Below, in pieces: positions 1-10,484 of a stretch of DNA of 64,000 nt. Position numbers and translations under genes: made by a program. Each line of letters starts with the position of its first letter. Within the stretch, counting starts at the first letter, position 1. This DNA is from Desulfobaccales bacterium (GTDB lineage: Bacteria > Desulfobacterota > Desulfobaccia > Desulfobaccales > 0-14-0-80-60-11): contig JBKQKO010000009.1 in the NCBI GenBank assembly GCA_052147455.1, forward strand, positions 6,699 to 70,698. Direction: 5' to 3'. The notes under the pieces were generated by a model. The model did no database searches and was not told where the DNA came from. It saw only the letters and a list, made by a program, of their open reading frames with translations.

Positions 1-1763
1 GGCTGGCGATCATCACCAATGCCGGGGGGGCGGGGGTTATGGCCGTGGACGCCCTGGATCGCTGGCGGATGGAGCCCGCGGTCCTGACCCCCGAGACCCT
101 GGCAAAACTGGAAGAAATTTTGCCGGCTCACTGGAGCCGGGGCAACCCGGTGGACATCATGGGCGACGCCTCGCCGGACCGCTATCTGCAGGTGGTGCGC
201 CTGGCCTTGAAGGCCCCGGAGTTTGCGGGCCTGGTGATCATCCTCTCACCCCAGTCCTTTACCGACCCCAGCGGGGTGGCCCGGGCCCTGGCCCCGGAGT
301 TGCAAGGCCAGGCGCGGCCGGTGTTTGCCGTGTGGATGGGTGGCGAAGAGGTGGCCGAAGGGGTGCAACTCCTCAACGCGGCCGGCATTCCCACCTTTGA
401 GACCCCGGAACAGGCAGTAAATACTTTTATGGAGATGTATTTTTACTCCCGGCATCTCGGCTTATTACAAGAGACTCCCCCCCAGATGGCCCAGGACCTG
501 AATATCAGTACCAGGAGTGCCCGGACCTTTATTGACCAATGCTTGGAACGCCAGGCGACCATCCTCACGGAGTTGGAGTCCAAGGCCATTCTCTCGGCGT
601 ACGGCATTCCCATGAACCGCACAGTGGCGGCTGCTTCCGGCCAGGAGGCGGTGAGCGCCGCCCGGGGTCTGGGGTTCCCCGTGACCATGAAGATCAATTC
701 TCCGGATATCACCCACAAGGCCGAGGTGGGGGGGGTCCGCATGCACATCCACAGCGAATCCGAAGTCCAGGCCGCGTTCCGCGAAATCACCAAGGAGGTT
801 CAGGCCCTTAGACCCGCGGCCCGCATCCTGGGGGTCACCGTCCAGGAGCAGGAGAAGAGTCCCGACTGCGAACTGTTCATCGGCAGCAAGCACGACCCGG
901 ATTTCGGTCCCTTGATTCTGTTCGGAGCTGGCGGCGGCCTGACTGAAGTGCTCCAGGATGTGATGGTGGACCTGCCGCCCCTCAACCTGTTGCTGGCCAG
1001 GAGGATGATCGAAAAGACCCGGGTTGCCAAGATGCTTCAGGGCTACCGGAACCTTCCCCCGGCTAACCTGGACCGGCTCAGCGAAATCCTGGTGCGGGTT
1101 TCTCAATTGGTGACGGATTTTCCCGAGATCAGCGAGATGGACATCAACCCCCTGTCGGTGACCGGTGGCCGCGTTGTGGGCGTGGATGCCCGGATGGTGC
1201 TGGCCCCCAGTGCCGTGCCGGCTCCCCGGCACCTCATCATAGCCCCGTACCCCAACCAGTATGAGCGCCACTGGATGATGCGGGACGGCACCCCGTTGCT
1301 GCTGCGCCCCATTAAGCCCGAAGACGAATCGCTGGTCTCCGATTTTTACGGCAAGTGCTCGGAGGAAACCATCTATTTTCGCTATTTTCGGCATATCAAG
1401 AAGTGGAGCCACGAGATGCTCATCCGCTTCACCCAGAATGATTACGACCGGGAGCTGGGGCTGATGGCTATAGGTCAGCCGCCTGGTCCGGAAGTGATGC
1501 TGGGGGTGTCCCGCTTGGTGATGGACGCCCACCGGGAAACCGCGGAGTTTGCCGTCATCGTGGCGGACCGATATCAGGGTAAAGGCCTGGGCCCCAAACT
1601 GCTGGAAGAGGTCATCGGCATCGCCAAAGAAAACGAAGTGAAACTTTTGTGGGGCGAAGTCTTATCCAGCAACAAGACTATGCTGGACCTGGTGAAGCGC
1701 CTGGGTTTCACCTTGGTGCGACAGACGGAGGCCCAGACCTTCCGGGCGGAGTTGCAACTTTAG
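1..1763 (+). CDS. ADP-forming acyl-CoA synthetase family protein fused to a C-terminal GNAT acetyltransferase (Pat-like); 5' end outside window
   Basis: Frame stays open to the window edge (LAIITNAGGAGV precedes the tracked Met at 39). ATP-grasp-like segment LTELESKAILSAYGIP...GFPVTMKINSPDITHKAEVGGV. GNAT acetyl-CoA motif VADRYQGKGLGPKLLEEVI near the C-terminus. Confidence 0.8.
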   Translation, partial: LAIITNAGGAGVMAVDALDRWRMEPAVLTPETLAKLEEILPAHWSRGNPVDIMGDASPDRYLQVVRLALKAPEFAGLVIILSPQSFTDPSGVARALAPELQGQARPVFAVWMGGEEVAEGVQLLNAAGIPTFETPEQAVNTFMEMYFYSRHLGLLQETPPQMAQDLNISTRSARTFIDQCLERQATILTELESKAILSAYGIPMNRTVAAASGQEAVSAARGLGFPVTMKINSPDITHKAEVGGVRMHIHSESEVQAAFREITKEVQALRPAARILGVTVQEQEKSPDCELFIGSKHDPDFGPLILFGAGGGLTEVLQDVMVDLPPLNLLLARRMIEKTRVAKMLQGYRNLPPANLDRLSEILVRVSQLVTDFPEISEMDINPLSVTGGRVVGVDARMVLAPSAVPAPRHLIIAPYPNQYERHWMMRDGTPLLLRPIKPEDESLVSDFYGKCSEETIYFRYFRHIKKWSHEMLIRFTQNDYDRELGLMAIGQPPGPEVMLGVSRLVMDAHRETAEFAVIVADRYQGKGLGPKLLEEVIGIAKENEVKLLWGEVLSSNKTMLDLVKRLGFTLVRQTEAQTFRAELQL

Positions 1764-1923
1764 CTTGCAGCTTGGGGTAATCCAGCGCACGCCCTGCGCC
1801 CCAAAGGGATAGGACGGGATTTCAGAAATATAATGGCGTATTTTACCAGCCAGCCTCGCCCAGACCCCTCCGCAAACCCGGAGGGGAGGGATAAATTATT
1901 GCGCCAGGTTTAATAAGCAGGGT

Positions 1924-1970
1924 ATTCGCTGGCGAATTTATGAACTGTTCCAATTAGTTTCGGAAACTAA
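1924..1970. promoter_or_regulatory. Two perfect palindromes upstream of the ferredoxin gene (candidate operator sites)
   Basis: attcgc-tg-gcgaat at 1924-1937 and ttagtttc-g-gaaactaa at 1954-1970, the latter 18 nt before ATG 1988. Confidence 0.25.
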
Positions 1971-1987
1971 CTGAAAAAGAAGAGCAC

Positions 1988-2191
1988 ATGTCCGAACGCT
2001 TCCCCTATATAGTGGAAGAGGAATGTATCGCCTGCGTCACTTGCGAAGAGCTGTGCCCGGAGGTCTTCAAACTCAACGAGGGTCTGGGATTTGCCCAGGT
2101 GGTCAACCCCGGCGGCGGCTCGGAAGATAAAATCCAGGAAGCCATTGACGCCTGTCCGGTACAGTGCATCCATTGGACCGACCAGGGATAA
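1988..2191 (+). CDS. Small monocluster ferredoxin
   Basis: 67 aa with CIACVTCEELCP plus a distal DACPVQC. This is the typical single [4Fe-4S]/[3Fe-4S] ferredoxin cysteine pattern. Confidence 0.8.
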   Translation: MSERFPYIVEEECIACVTCEELCPEVFKLNEGLGFAQVVNPGGGSEDKIQEAIDACPVQCIHWTDQG

Positions 2192-2291
2192 CCGCTTCCC
2201 CGGGGTGAGATGCTGCCATTTCCCGGCAATTATGGTAAATATTTGAAGCAGGCGCCGCATTGGCAAGGATTACGGCAAAGTGAGAGGGGAA

Positions 2292-3650
2292 ATGAACGAG
2301 ACGCGTCATCTTTTCGGCACCGACGGGGTTCGGGGGGTGGCCAACATCTATCCCCTGACCGCGGAGGTGGCCCTGCAGTTGGGAAGGGTCCTGGCTTACG
2401 TCATTAACTACGGCCCCGGGCGGAAACGCATCGTGGTGGGCAAGGACACCCGCATTTCCGGCTACCTCCTGGAGTATGCCATCACCGCAGGCATCTGTTC
2501 CATGGGGGTGGATGTATTGCTTTTGGGTCCGCTGCCCACCCCGGGGATCGCCTTCATCACTTCCTCGATGCGAGCCGACGCCGGGGTGGTCATTTCCGCC
2601 TCCCACAATCCCTATCAGGACAACGGCATCAAGTTCTTTTCCGGAGATGGTTTCAAGCTGCCCGATGAGATAGAAGTCCACATAGAGAGGCTGATGAGCG
2701 ATGCGGATGTGGAGGGGGCCCGGCCCACAGCCACCGAGATCGGCCAGGCCTTCCGTATCGACGATGCCCGCGGCCGCTATATCTCCTTTCTGAAGAGCAC
2801 CTTCCCCAGGGAACTGGAACTGGAGGGCCTCAAGATCGTGGTAGATTGCGCCCATGGGGCCACCTACAAGGTGGCGCCGGAGGTCTTAGTTGAGCTGGGG
2901 GCGGAGATCATCCCCCTCGGAGTGCGGCCCAACGGCAAGAATATCAACCGCATGTGCGGCGCCACCCATCCTGAGATCATGGCCTCCCTGGTAAAGCGCC
3001 ACCGGGCCGACCTGGGGATCGCCTTCGACGGTGACGGCGACCGCTGTATCATGGCGGACCACACCGGCAGGGTGGTGGATGGCGACCATATTCTGGGAAT
3101 CTGCGCCCTGGCTCTGCTGCGCCAGGGAAGGCTGCCTCACAAGACGGTGGTGGGCACGGTGATGACCAATCTGGGTCTGGAGGTGGCTCTGAAGAAGGCC
3201 GGCATAAAACTGGTGCGGGCCGCGGTGGGAGACCGCTACGTCCTGGAGGCCATGAAGAAAGGTGGCTATATCCTGGGGGGGGAACAGTCCGGGCACCTGG
3301 TCTTCCTGGATTACGCCACAACCGGGGATGGCATTCTCACGGCGCTGCGGCTGCTGGCGGTAATGCTCCGGGAAAACAAGCCCCTGGCCGAACTGGCCGG
3401 CTTCATGGAGGATTATCCCCAGGTTCTCATCAACCTGGAGGTCCGAGAAAAGCAGGATTTGCAAAGCCTGCGGCCGGCCCGGCAGGCGCTGCGAGAAGCG
3501 GAACGGCGCCTGGGTCCCCAGGGCCGCCTGCTGGTGCGCTACTCCGGCACCGAGGCGAAGCTGCGCATCATGACCGAAGGCGAGGATCGACAACTGGTGG
3601 AACGGGTGGCCCAGAACCTGGCCCAGACCCTGGACGCCTTGCTGAACTGA
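2292..3650 (+). CDS. glmM: Phosphoglucosamine mutase
   Basis: GTDGVRG N-terminus, phosphoserine loop [15 protein letters not shown], metal loop FDGDGDR, GEQSGH. Start moved to ATG 2292 behind GAGAGGGG. Confidence 0.95.
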   Translation: MNETRHLFGTDGVRGVANIYPLTAEVALQLGRVLAYVINYGPGRKRIVVGKDTRISGYLLEYAITAGICSMGVDVLLLGPLPTPGIAFITSSMRADAGVVISASHNPYQDNGIKFFSGDGFKLPDEIEVHIERLMSDADVEGARPTATEIGQAFRIDDARGRYISFLKSTFPRELELEGLKIVVDCAHGATYKVAPEVLVELGAEIIPLGVRPNGKNINRMCGATHPEIMASLVKRHRADLGIAFDGDGDRCIMADHTGRVVDGDHILGICALALLRQGRLPHKTVVGTVMTNLGLEVALKKAGIKLVRAAVGDRYVLEAMKKGGYILGGEQSGHLVFLDYATTGDGILTALRLLAVMLRENKPLAELAGFMEDYPQVLINLEVREKQDLQSLRPARQALREAERRLGPQGRLLVRYSGTEAKLRIMTEGEDRQLVERVAQNLAQTLDALLN

Positions 3651-3663
3651 GGAGAAAGGGCTC

Positions 3664-4473
3664 ATGCTGCTGGTGATGGATGTGGGCAATACCAACACGG
3701 TTATCGGGGTCTATCAGGACGGCCAGCTTCTCAGCGATTGGCGCATCCGCACCGAAAAAGAAGCCACCGTCGATGAGTTGGGCATCCTGCTGCGCAATCT
3801 CTTCCAGGCCCAGGGCCTGGTCCTGGACCCCGGCACCGACCTGATCATCTCCTCGGTGGTGCCTCCCATGAACAATACCCTGGAGGGCTTCTCCCAGCGC
3901 TACCTGAAGGTTCGGCCTCTGTGGGTGGGCCCTGGTATCAAGACAGGCATGCCCATCTGCTACGATAACCCCCGGGAAGTGGGCGCGGACCGCATCGTCA
4001 ATGCGGTGGCCGCCTTTGAACAGGTGCAGGGCGCCGTGGTGATCGTGGATTTCGGCACCGCCACCACCTTCGACGTGGTTTCCCAGCGAGGCGAGTATCA
4101 GGGCGGGGTCATCGCACCGGGGGTGATGATCTCCTGTGAAGCCCTGTTTCTCAAGGCCTCCAAGCTGCCTCGGGTGGAGATCTTCGCCAAACCCAAGAGC
4201 ATCATTGCCAAGGACACCATCAGCAGTATGAACGCCGGCATTATTTATGGCTACGCCGGGCTGGTGGACGGCATCGTGGCCCGCATCAAGAAGGCCATGG
4301 AAGACCACCCGCCCCGGGTCATCGCCACCGGCGGCCTGGCCTGCCTCATTGCCTCGGAAACCCAAAGCATCGACCTGGTGGATGATTATCTCACTCTGAA
4401 GGGCCTGAAGATTATCTACGAAAGAAACCACCCCCGCCGGGAAGAGCGCAGCAAGGGGATTGGCCAAGCCTAG
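3664..4473 (+). CDS. coaX: Type III pantothenate kinase
   Basis: [17 protein letters not shown] (ASKHA phosphate-1 motif), [17 protein letters not shown]; about 270 aa. Confidence 0.9.
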   Translation: MLLVMDVGNTNTVIGVYQDGQLLSDWRIRTEKEATVDELGILLRNLFQAQGLVLDPGTDLIISSVVPPMNNTLEGFSQRYLKVRPLWVGPGIKTGMPICYDNPREVGADRIVNAVAAFEQVQGAVVIVDFGTATTFDVVSQRGEYQGGVIAPGVMISCEALFLKASKLPRVEIFAKPKSIIAKDTISSMNAGIIYGYAGLVDGIVARIKKAMEDHPPRVIATGGLACLIASETQSIDLVDDYLTLKGLKIIYERNHPRREERSKGIGQA

Positions 4474-4511
4474 CCGTCAGTGCAAGGGCTGGTTTTTTAT
4501 TGGAGAAGGTC

Positions 4512-5249
4512 ATGAGTGACTCTGGAGAGCTGGCCCCGGGCCGCCGCTATCTGGCAGAGAGCCGCTATCGCCGGGAGGAACTGGGAGGGGCGGGGCGGAC
4601 CTATCCCCGGGCCCCCCTTTACAAGGAATACCCTGAAGCCCGGGGGCGCCTGCGCCTCGACCCCGAGGTGGAGCGCCCAGTCGCGGACCTGTGGCAATGC
4701 CTGGAACAGCGCCGCTCTCAGCGCGGTTATCAGGAGCGGCCTCTGACCCGGGGCGAACTGGCCGCCCTGCTCTGGGCCAGCCAGGGTGTAACCTACGCCA
4801 GCCGTGGCTATCTCCTCCGGGCGGCGCCCTCAGCCGGGGCCCTCTACCCGGTGGAAACCTACCTGGCGGTACACCGGGTGGATGGGGTGGAGCCGGGGAT
4901 CTGGCACTTCCAGGTGCCGGACTTTTCCCTGGAGCTGCTGCAGGCGGGGGACTTTCGTCATTCATTGGTGGGGGCCGGACTCTCTCAAGGCTTCCTGGGC
5001 GCCGCCGGCGTGGTCTTCATCTGGACTGGGGTGCTCAACCGGGCCATGTGGAAATACCGGGAGCGGGCCATCCGCTACCTGTTCCTGGACGCCGGCCACA
5101 TCTGCCAGAACCTGATGCTGGCCGCCACCGCTCTTAACCTGGGAGTCTGTCCGGTGGGGGCCTTCTTCGACGGGGAAGTGGAGCGCCTGGTGCAGGTGGA
5201 CGGGGTCGAGGAAGCGGCCCTCTACCTGGCCGCGGTGGGACCGTTATGA
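4512..5249 (+). CDS. SagB/ThcOx-type nitroreductase-fold dehydrogenase
   Basis: RRSQRGY, SAGALYPVETYL, FLDAGHICQNLMLAATALNLG. ATG 4512 is preceded by GGAGAAGG. Confidence 0.65.
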   Translation: MSDSGELAPGRRYLAESRYRREELGGAGRTYPRAPLYKEYPEARGRLRLDPEVERPVADLWQCLEQRRSQRGYQERPLTRGELAALLWASQGVTYASRGYLLRAAPSAGALYPVETYLAVHRVDGVEPGIWHFQVPDFSLELLQAGDFRHSLVGAGLSQGFLGAAGVVFIWTGVLNRAMWKYRERAIRYLFLDAGHICQNLMLAATALNLGVCPVGAFFDGEVERLVQVDGVEEAALYLAAVGPL

Positions 5250-5339
5250 TATTTTTGGGTTTTCGATTAGAAAAGCAGGGGCGAGTTGCTGGGTAGCCAG
5301 CTGATCCCCCTGGAAAAAAATTCACTGGAGGAGAACACC

Positions 5340-5765
5340 GTGGTGCGATGGTTAAGCATGATGATTTTGGCCGCCTGCCTGGCTCTGGGAGGAATGGCGC
5401 CGGGCTGGGCCAGCACCGTTCAGGAAAAGGTCCAGGAATCCACCGGGAAGGCCGCCCAGAACTACATGAAGGAGGGGCTGCTGCTGGCCGGCGAGGGACA
5501 GGACGCCCAGGCGGCTTCCGCCTTCCGCCAGGCCCTCGCCCTCAAGCCCGATTGGGCCGAGGCTCATTGCCTCTTGGGCAGCGTCCTGTCCCGCGCCGGC
5601 AACCTGCGGGAGGCGGAGGAGGAACTGCGCAAGGCGGTGCAATTGCAGCCCGATTATGCCGAGGGCTGGAATGCTCTGGGGGAATTTCTCAAGTCCCGCG
5701 GCAAAGACCAGGAAGCCCAAGAGGCCTTTGCCAAGGCCAAGCAGTATGCCCATCCCCGGCATTAG
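5340..5765 (+). CDS. Secreted TPR-repeat protein
   Basis: Signal-like N-terminus MMILAACLALGGMAPGWA, then TPR units (AFRQALALKPDWAEAH..., LRKAVQLQPDYAEGWNALG). GTG 5340 is preceded by GGAGGAG; the start is uncertain. Confidence 0.7.
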   Translation: MVRWLSMMILAACLALGGMAPGWASTVQEKVQESTGKAAQNYMKEGLLLAGEGQDAQAASAFRQALALKPDWAEAHCLLGSVLSRAGNLREAEEELRKAVQLQPDYAEGWNALGEFLKSRGKDQEAQEAFAKAKQYAHPRH

Positions 5766-5826
5766 GGCCAGGAGCGCCTCCTCTTCCTAAAAAAAATCTT
5801 CCCGGTTTCCTAAGGTGGGGGGGCGA

Positions 5827-6231
5827 TCAATTCAAGAAGACCACCAGGCGGTTTTTGCCATCGGCGGTGCGGTAGTAGATGAGGCTCTCCGCCAGGTGCT
5901 CCAATGCATTGAGATGCAGGGCGTCCACGGGGGAAGCCATCCCACCGGGGTTGCCCGGGGGTTTCTCCAGGGAATTTTTCGGGACTGCATCGTCTTCAAA
6001 CATCAGGCGCAACCTGGGGCCCTTCTCCTCCAATTCCACGGCGATGGAACCAGGTTCGCCGGGCTGATAGGCTTGATCCACCAGGTGCCGGAAGATCCGG
6101 GTGGCCGCCAACTCCAGGGACCGGAGCCTGGCTGCCGGCAGGCCCCGGTCCTTACTCCACTGGCTGATGAAGGCCTCCAGCAGCCTCAAGTTTTCCGGTC
6201 GATTAGTCAGGGTCAGACGGGAGGCGGCCAT
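5827..6231 (-). CDS. Anti-sigma regulatory factor-like HATPase-domain protein (RsbW/SpoIIAB type)
   Basis: 134 aa. LELAATRIFRHLVDQAY...GSIAVELEEKGPRLRLMFEDDAVP resembles the N-box/G1 region of small Ser-kinase anti-sigma factors. Confidence 0.4.
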   Translation of the reverse strand: MAASRLTLTNRPENLRLLEAFISQWSKDRGLPAARLRSLELAATRIFRHLVDQAYQPGEPGSIAVELEEKGPRLRLMFEDDAVPKNSLEKPPGNPGGMASPVDALHLNALEHLAESLIYYRTADGKNRLVVFLN

Positions 6232-6282
6232 GGCCGTGCAAGTCCTATCAAAAGGGTTTCCGGTTTTCGGCTAACAACTAGT

Positions 6283-6440
6283 GTTGTGCTCCGTAAATAG
6301 TATGGCATTAAATCAAGTGAAAACCCAAGTTCCAATGGTATTAAAGTCCCCCTTTGGAAAAGGGGTATTTAGGGGGATTTCAGGAGGTTATTTTAAATCC
6401 CCCCTGCCCCCCTTTTCCAAAGGGGGGTTAAAAAGACCGT
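6283..6440 (-). repeat. ~160-bp multi-hairpin dispersed repeat, copy 1 (inverted partner at 54786-54945)
   Basis: The reverse complement aligns by eye at roughly 90 % with 54786-54945. It contains three consecutive hairpins (ccccccttt/aaagggggg type). Confidence 0.9.
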
Positions 6441-6718
6441 AGTTTGATAACCCTCCGACCGAGTCTCGCATCCCTGTCTCCTTTCCCAGGGTTGGCCCGG
6501 AATGGCGGCGGCCAAGACTTTGCCAGGTATTGTTCCAAGAATCATGCCAAGGTGGGCCAGGGAAATAAATCTTGAAGTTACCCATGGTTAGCCTGTAGGC
6601 AGCACGAGCCGGAACCGCGGCCAGGGATGGGGATGAGGGAGATTCTCTTGGGAAACAAACATATGGTTATTCTTATTTCAGGTAATTCTTGCGGCATAAT
6701 CCAGGGTCAAAGTTTCCG

Positions 6719-7288
6719 TTACCGCTTGAGCACCTGGCGCACCCCGGCCTGCTCCGCAGCAGGCTGCCGGAAGCGGTCCCGCTCGCTGAAGATGCAGCCA
6801 CAGTACTGCTGCTTGTAAAGCCCCAGCTTTCCGGACTTGGCTCGGCCTTCGCCCCAGCCCCGGCGAAAATCCTCGTAGTAAAAGGGCACCCCCACCTCCT
6901 GGACCAGCGATTGCCCCAATTCTCTGATTAATTCATGGTTTTGAAATTTGCTGTAGAGGAGGGTGGAGGTGAAGGCGTCGAACCTGCCGCTCCGGGCTAT
7001 CCGGGCCGTGGCGCTGAGGCGCAGATAATAGCAAAAGCGGCAGCGCTCCGCCTCCCGAAAGGCCAGGTTACGCAAGAATTCTTCCAGGGGATAGCTCCGG
7101 TCCCAGATCACCGGCAAGCCGACCTTGGCGGCATAGGTCTCCAGGGTGGCGGCCCGACGCAGATATTCCTGGTAGGGGTGGACGTTGGGGTTGGAAAAGA
7201 AGCCGCGCACCTGGTGGCCCTTTGCGGATAAGGCTGCCAACGGGTAGATGGTGCAAGGGGCGCAGCAGATGTGCAGCAAAATCTTCAT
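6719..7288 (-). CDS. queH: Epoxyqueuosine reductase QueH (DUF208)
   Basis: [18 protein letters not shown]-terminus and C-terminal [10 protein letters not shown] motif. Confidence 0.85.
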   Translation of the reverse strand: MKILLHICCAPCTIYPLAALSAKGHQVRGFFSNPNVHPYQEYLRRAATLETYAAKVGLPVIWDRSYPLEEFLRNLAFREAERCRFCYYLRLSATARIARSGRFDAFTSTLLYSKFQNHELIRELGQSLVQEVGVPFYYEDFRRGWGEGRAKSGKLGLYKQQYCGCIFSERDRFRQPAAEQAGVRQVLKR

Positions 7289-8172
7289 GGACGACAGGTG
7301 GTATATCCCATGACCCTTTTTACCGTTTGCCCCAGCTCGCCGATATTGGCCACCACAGTCACCCCGGCTCGGCTGAGGGCCGCCATCTTGTCCGCGGCCT
7401 TGCCGCTGCCTCCCGAGATGATGGCCCCGGCATGCCCCATGCGTTTGCCCGGCGGCGCGGTCTGTCCGGCGATGAAGCTCACCACCGGCTTGGAGACGTG
7501 CCCGGAGATGAAGGCCGCGGCCTCCTCTTCGGCAGCGCCGCCGATTTCCCCGATGAGCACCACTCCCTCGGTCTGGGGATCAGCCGCAAACAATTGTAGC
7601 ATATCTATGAAATCGGTGCCAATAATCGGATCGCCGCCGATGCCCACGCAGGTGCTCTGGCCGATGCCCAAAAGGGTCATCTGATGCACCGCTTCATAGG
7701 TGAGGGTGCCGCTGCGGGACACCAGGCCCACGGGCCCAGGCTTATGGATCTGGCCCGGCATGATGCCCACCTTGGCCTGGCCCGGGGAGATGATGCCCGG
7801 GCAGTTAGGGCCGATGAGGCGGCAGCCGCTGTCCTTGAGGACGGCCATGACCTTCACCATGTCCAGGGTGGGGATGCCCTCGGTGATGCACACCGCCAGC
7901 TTGACCCCGGCGGCGGCGGCCTCCAGGATGGCGTCGGCGGCAAAGGCCGGGGGCACGAAGATCAGGGAGGTGTTGGCCCCCGCCTCTTTGACCGCCTGGG
8001 CCACGGTGTTAAAAACCGGGACGCCGTCCACCTGCTGGCCGCCCTTGCCCGGGGTCACCCCGGCCACGATCTTGGTGCCGTATTCGGCGCAGGCCCGGGC
8101 GTGGAAGGAACCTTCCTTGCCGGTAATCCCCTGCACCACCACGCGGGTGTCGTTATTTACCAGAACGCTCAT
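7285..8172 (-). CDS. sucD: Succinate--CoA ligase subunit alpha
   Basis: [15 protein letters not shown], catalytic-His loop [17 protein letters not shown]; 295 aa. Confidence 0.95.
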   Translation of the reverse strand: MSVLVNNDTRVVVQGITGKEGSFHARACAEYGTKIVAGVTPGKGGQQVDGVPVFNTVAQAVKEAGANTSLIFVPPAFAADAILEAAAAGVKLAVCITEGIPTLDMVKVMAVLKDSGCRLIGPNCPGIISPGQAKVGIMPGQIHKPGPVGLVSRSGTLTYEAVHQMTLLGIGQSTCVGIGGDPIIGTDFIDMLQLFAADPQTEGVVLIGEIGGAAEEEAAAFISGHVSKPVVSFIAGQTAPPGKRMGHAGAIISGGSGKAADKMAALSRAGVTVVANIGELGQTVKRVMGYTTCRP

Positions 8173-8270
8173 ATCTCACCTTTCAGTCTTTTCTGGTTCA
8201 CGAAGCAGCCCCCCGGGAACCAGCTTTTCTACCTCAACCTTGAAGGGCAGGGTAGGGGTGGGGGTGATTC

Positions 8271-9431
8271 TCACCCCACCAGGGCCGCCACTTTTTGGGC
8301 CGCGTCCCGCATGTCGGTGGCCACGGTGAACGTGAGGCCGGAATTCTTCAGGATCTCCCGGCCCTGCTCCACGTTGGTCCCCTCCAGGCGGACGATGATG
8401 GGGACCTGCACCTTGACCACTTTCACCGCCTCCACCACCCCGTTGGCCAGGACGTCGCACCGCAGGATGCCGCCGAAGATATTGATGAGCACCCCCTTGA
8501 CGTGAGGGTCCCCCAGGATGATGCGGAAGCCGTTGCTGACCATCTCGGCGGAGGCGCCGCCGCCCACGTCCAGGAAGTTAGCGGGTTCGGCGCCGGCGGC
8601 CTTGATCAGGTCCATGGTGGCCATGGCCAGTCCGGCGCCATTCACCATGGCGCCGACATTGCCGCTGAGGCGGATGTAGTTGAGCTGGTGCTTGCGGGCC
8701 TCAAATTCCAAGGGGTCCATCTCACTCGGGTCTTCCAGGCCGGCCAGGTCGCGGTGGCGGAACATGGCGTTGTCGTCCAGGTTGAGCTTGGCGTCCAGGG
8801 CCAGCAGGGCTCCGGATTTGGTGACCACCAGGGGGTTGATCTCCGCCAGGGAGCAGTCCAGGCCGATGAACAGCCGGTAAAGGTTGTCGATAAAGCTCAC
8901 CGCGGGGCGCAGCAGCTGGGAGTCGAGGCCCACCCCGAAGGCCAGGTTGCGGGCCTGATAGGGCAGGCAGCCGGTGATGGGATTCACCGCCTCTTTGATG
9001 ATCAACTCCGGGGTGCGGGCCGCCACCTCTTCAATCTCCATCCCGCCGGCGGAGCTCATCATGATCACCGGACGACCCAGGGTGCGGTCCGGAACGATCC
9101 CCAGGTACAGTTCCCGGGCGATCTCCTGGGCCTGCTCCACCAGGACCTGGTTGACCACCTTCCCCTCGGGGCCGGTCTGGGGGGTGATCAGGGTCATACC
9201 CAGGATCTGGCCCGCCAGCTGCTCCACCTCCTGGGCCGTAGCCGCGGTCTTGATGCCCCCGCCCTTGCCGCGGCCGCCGGCGTGGATCTGGGCCTTGACC
9301 ACAAAAGGGCCGGCCGGCAGGTTCTCGGCCACCTGGCGGGCCTGGACCGCGCTCCCGGCCACCGCTCCCTCGGGCACCGGTACCTGGAATTTCCTGAGCA
9401 ATTCTTTGGCCTGATATTCGTGAATCTTCAT
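8271..9431 (-). CDS. sucC: Succinate--CoA ligase (ADP-forming) subunit beta
   Basis: MKIHEYQAKELL start behind a GGGGGAAGGGA Shine-Dalgarno sequence; ATP-grasp and ligase-CoA motifs (VVKAQIHAGGRGKGGGIK, NIFGGILRCD). Confidence 0.95.
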   Translation of the reverse strand: MKIHEYQAKELLRKFQVPVPEGAVAGSAVQARQVAENLPAGPFVVKAQIHAGGRGKGGGIKTAATAQEVEQLAGQILGMTLITPQTGPEGKVVNQVLVEQAQEIARELYLGIVPDRTLGRPVIMMSSAGGMEIEEVAARTPELIIKEAVNPITGCLPYQARNLAFGVGLDSQLLRPAVSFIDNLYRLFIGLDCSLAEINPLVVTKSGALLALDAKLNLDDNAMFRHRDLAGLEDPSEMDPLEFEARKHQLNYIRLSGNVGAMVNGAGLAMATMDLIKAAGAEPANFLDVGGGASAEMVSNGFRIILGDPHVKGVLINIFGGILRCDVLANGVVEAVKVVKVQVPIIVRLEGTNVEQGREILKNSGLTFTVATDMRDAAQKVAALVG

Positions 9432-9776
9432 AATATCTGTCCCTTCCCCCAACCAAGATTAATAAAGATTAAACCAGACCGGAATAAGAAGTAAAGAAAA
9501 AAACAATGCATGGAGCGCCGGGCAGCAGTTAGAAGGCGTGCAAAAGATATTGGACAAATATTGTAACAAAATTAATTACAGATGGGGGCAAGTTCATTAA
9601 ATCTTGCCCAACAATAGTCCAACAACTAATGATAAGCCTCTTCTACAAAGCAATGAGGTAATTAGGCCGCGCATATTTAATCCATACGATAAATAATAAA
9701 TCCTGGTTCCCATAAAACAGGTAGATAGGGTTAATTTATTAGGTCAAATATTATTAAGTAAGCGCCGCGGGCTCCC

Positions 9777-10484
9777 TCAGGGGTCGTGGTGGTCTGCGCC
9801 CCAGAAATCCGGGTGCTTTCCGGGGGGAACCGGTATGTGGTAATCGAGGCGGTAGAGGACCACGATCAGGATGATAGTGCCCAGCAACATCCAGATGGGC
9901 CCGAAGAGCCACAACACCAGGAGCACCCCGATATAGTAACCCCGCATGCCGAAAGTGTAATGGAAGGTGGCGTGACTGAGGATACCCGCAACGTAATCCG
10001 GGGTAAGCTTGTGAGCCAGGGTGGAGGGGACGTTAATTATGAAATTGACATGGTTGAAGGAGCGGATGGACATGGTAAAGTTAAAGAAGATGATGAAGAA
10101 ATCGATGATGATCACCATGAGTTTGAAGAGCCACAGGACCCGGTGCTCCCGGACCAGTTCGCTGAGGCCGGGGGTGATTTCCCCCATCTTCTCGGGGCTG
10201 GCGGCGATGCTGATGATCCCCAGGCAGATGAGAATGGCGGTGGAGGCCAGAAAACTCGAGGCCATCACCCAGTTGCGCAGCGTCTGGACAGCCAGGATGT
10301 CCCGCTTGTCCGCCATGACGGACTCCACCCAGTGGAGGCGCAAGTGATTGGTGACCCCGATGGAGGTGGTCAAGGGGTGACGCCGCACCAGGTAGATTAG
10401 GCGCACGTGGTAGATAATCAGGATGAGGAAGGAGGCGGAGGTAAGGTAGAACTCCAGGTTGGCATGCTCCAGGGGCGATTCCAT
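9777..10484 (-). CDS. Polytopic membrane protein, DUF599-like
   Basis: Several hydrophobic spans and WVESVMADKRDILAVQTLRNWVMASSFLASTAIL. ATG 10484 is preceded by GGAGGAG. Confidence 0.5.
   Translation of the reverse strand: MESPLEHANLEFYLTSASFLILIIYHVRLIYLVRRHPLTTSIGVTNHLRLHWVESVMADKRDILAVQTLRNWVMASSFLASTAILICLGIISIAASPEKMGEITPGLSELVREHRVLWLFKLMVIIIDFFIIFFNFTMSIRSFNHVNFIINVPSTLAHKLTPDYVAGILSHATFHYTFGMRGYYIGVLLVLWLFGPIWMLLGTIILIVVLYRLDYHIPVPPGKHPDFWGADHHDP

Noticed and set aside
4512-5249. SagB-type dehydrogenase as a marker of a thiazole/oxazole-modified peptide (TOMM) cluster
   Set aside because: No YcaO/cyclodehydratase, precursor-peptide-like small ORF or ABC exporter is adjacent. The neighbours are coaX and a TPR protein, so it is probably a stand-alone nitroreductase-fold enzyme.
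6388-6585. A 65-aa ORF (MGNFKIYFPGPPWHDSW...)
   Set aside because: Its C-terminal third is a translation of the hairpin repeat, and there is no Shine-Dalgarno sequence or motif. It is probably non-coding spacer.
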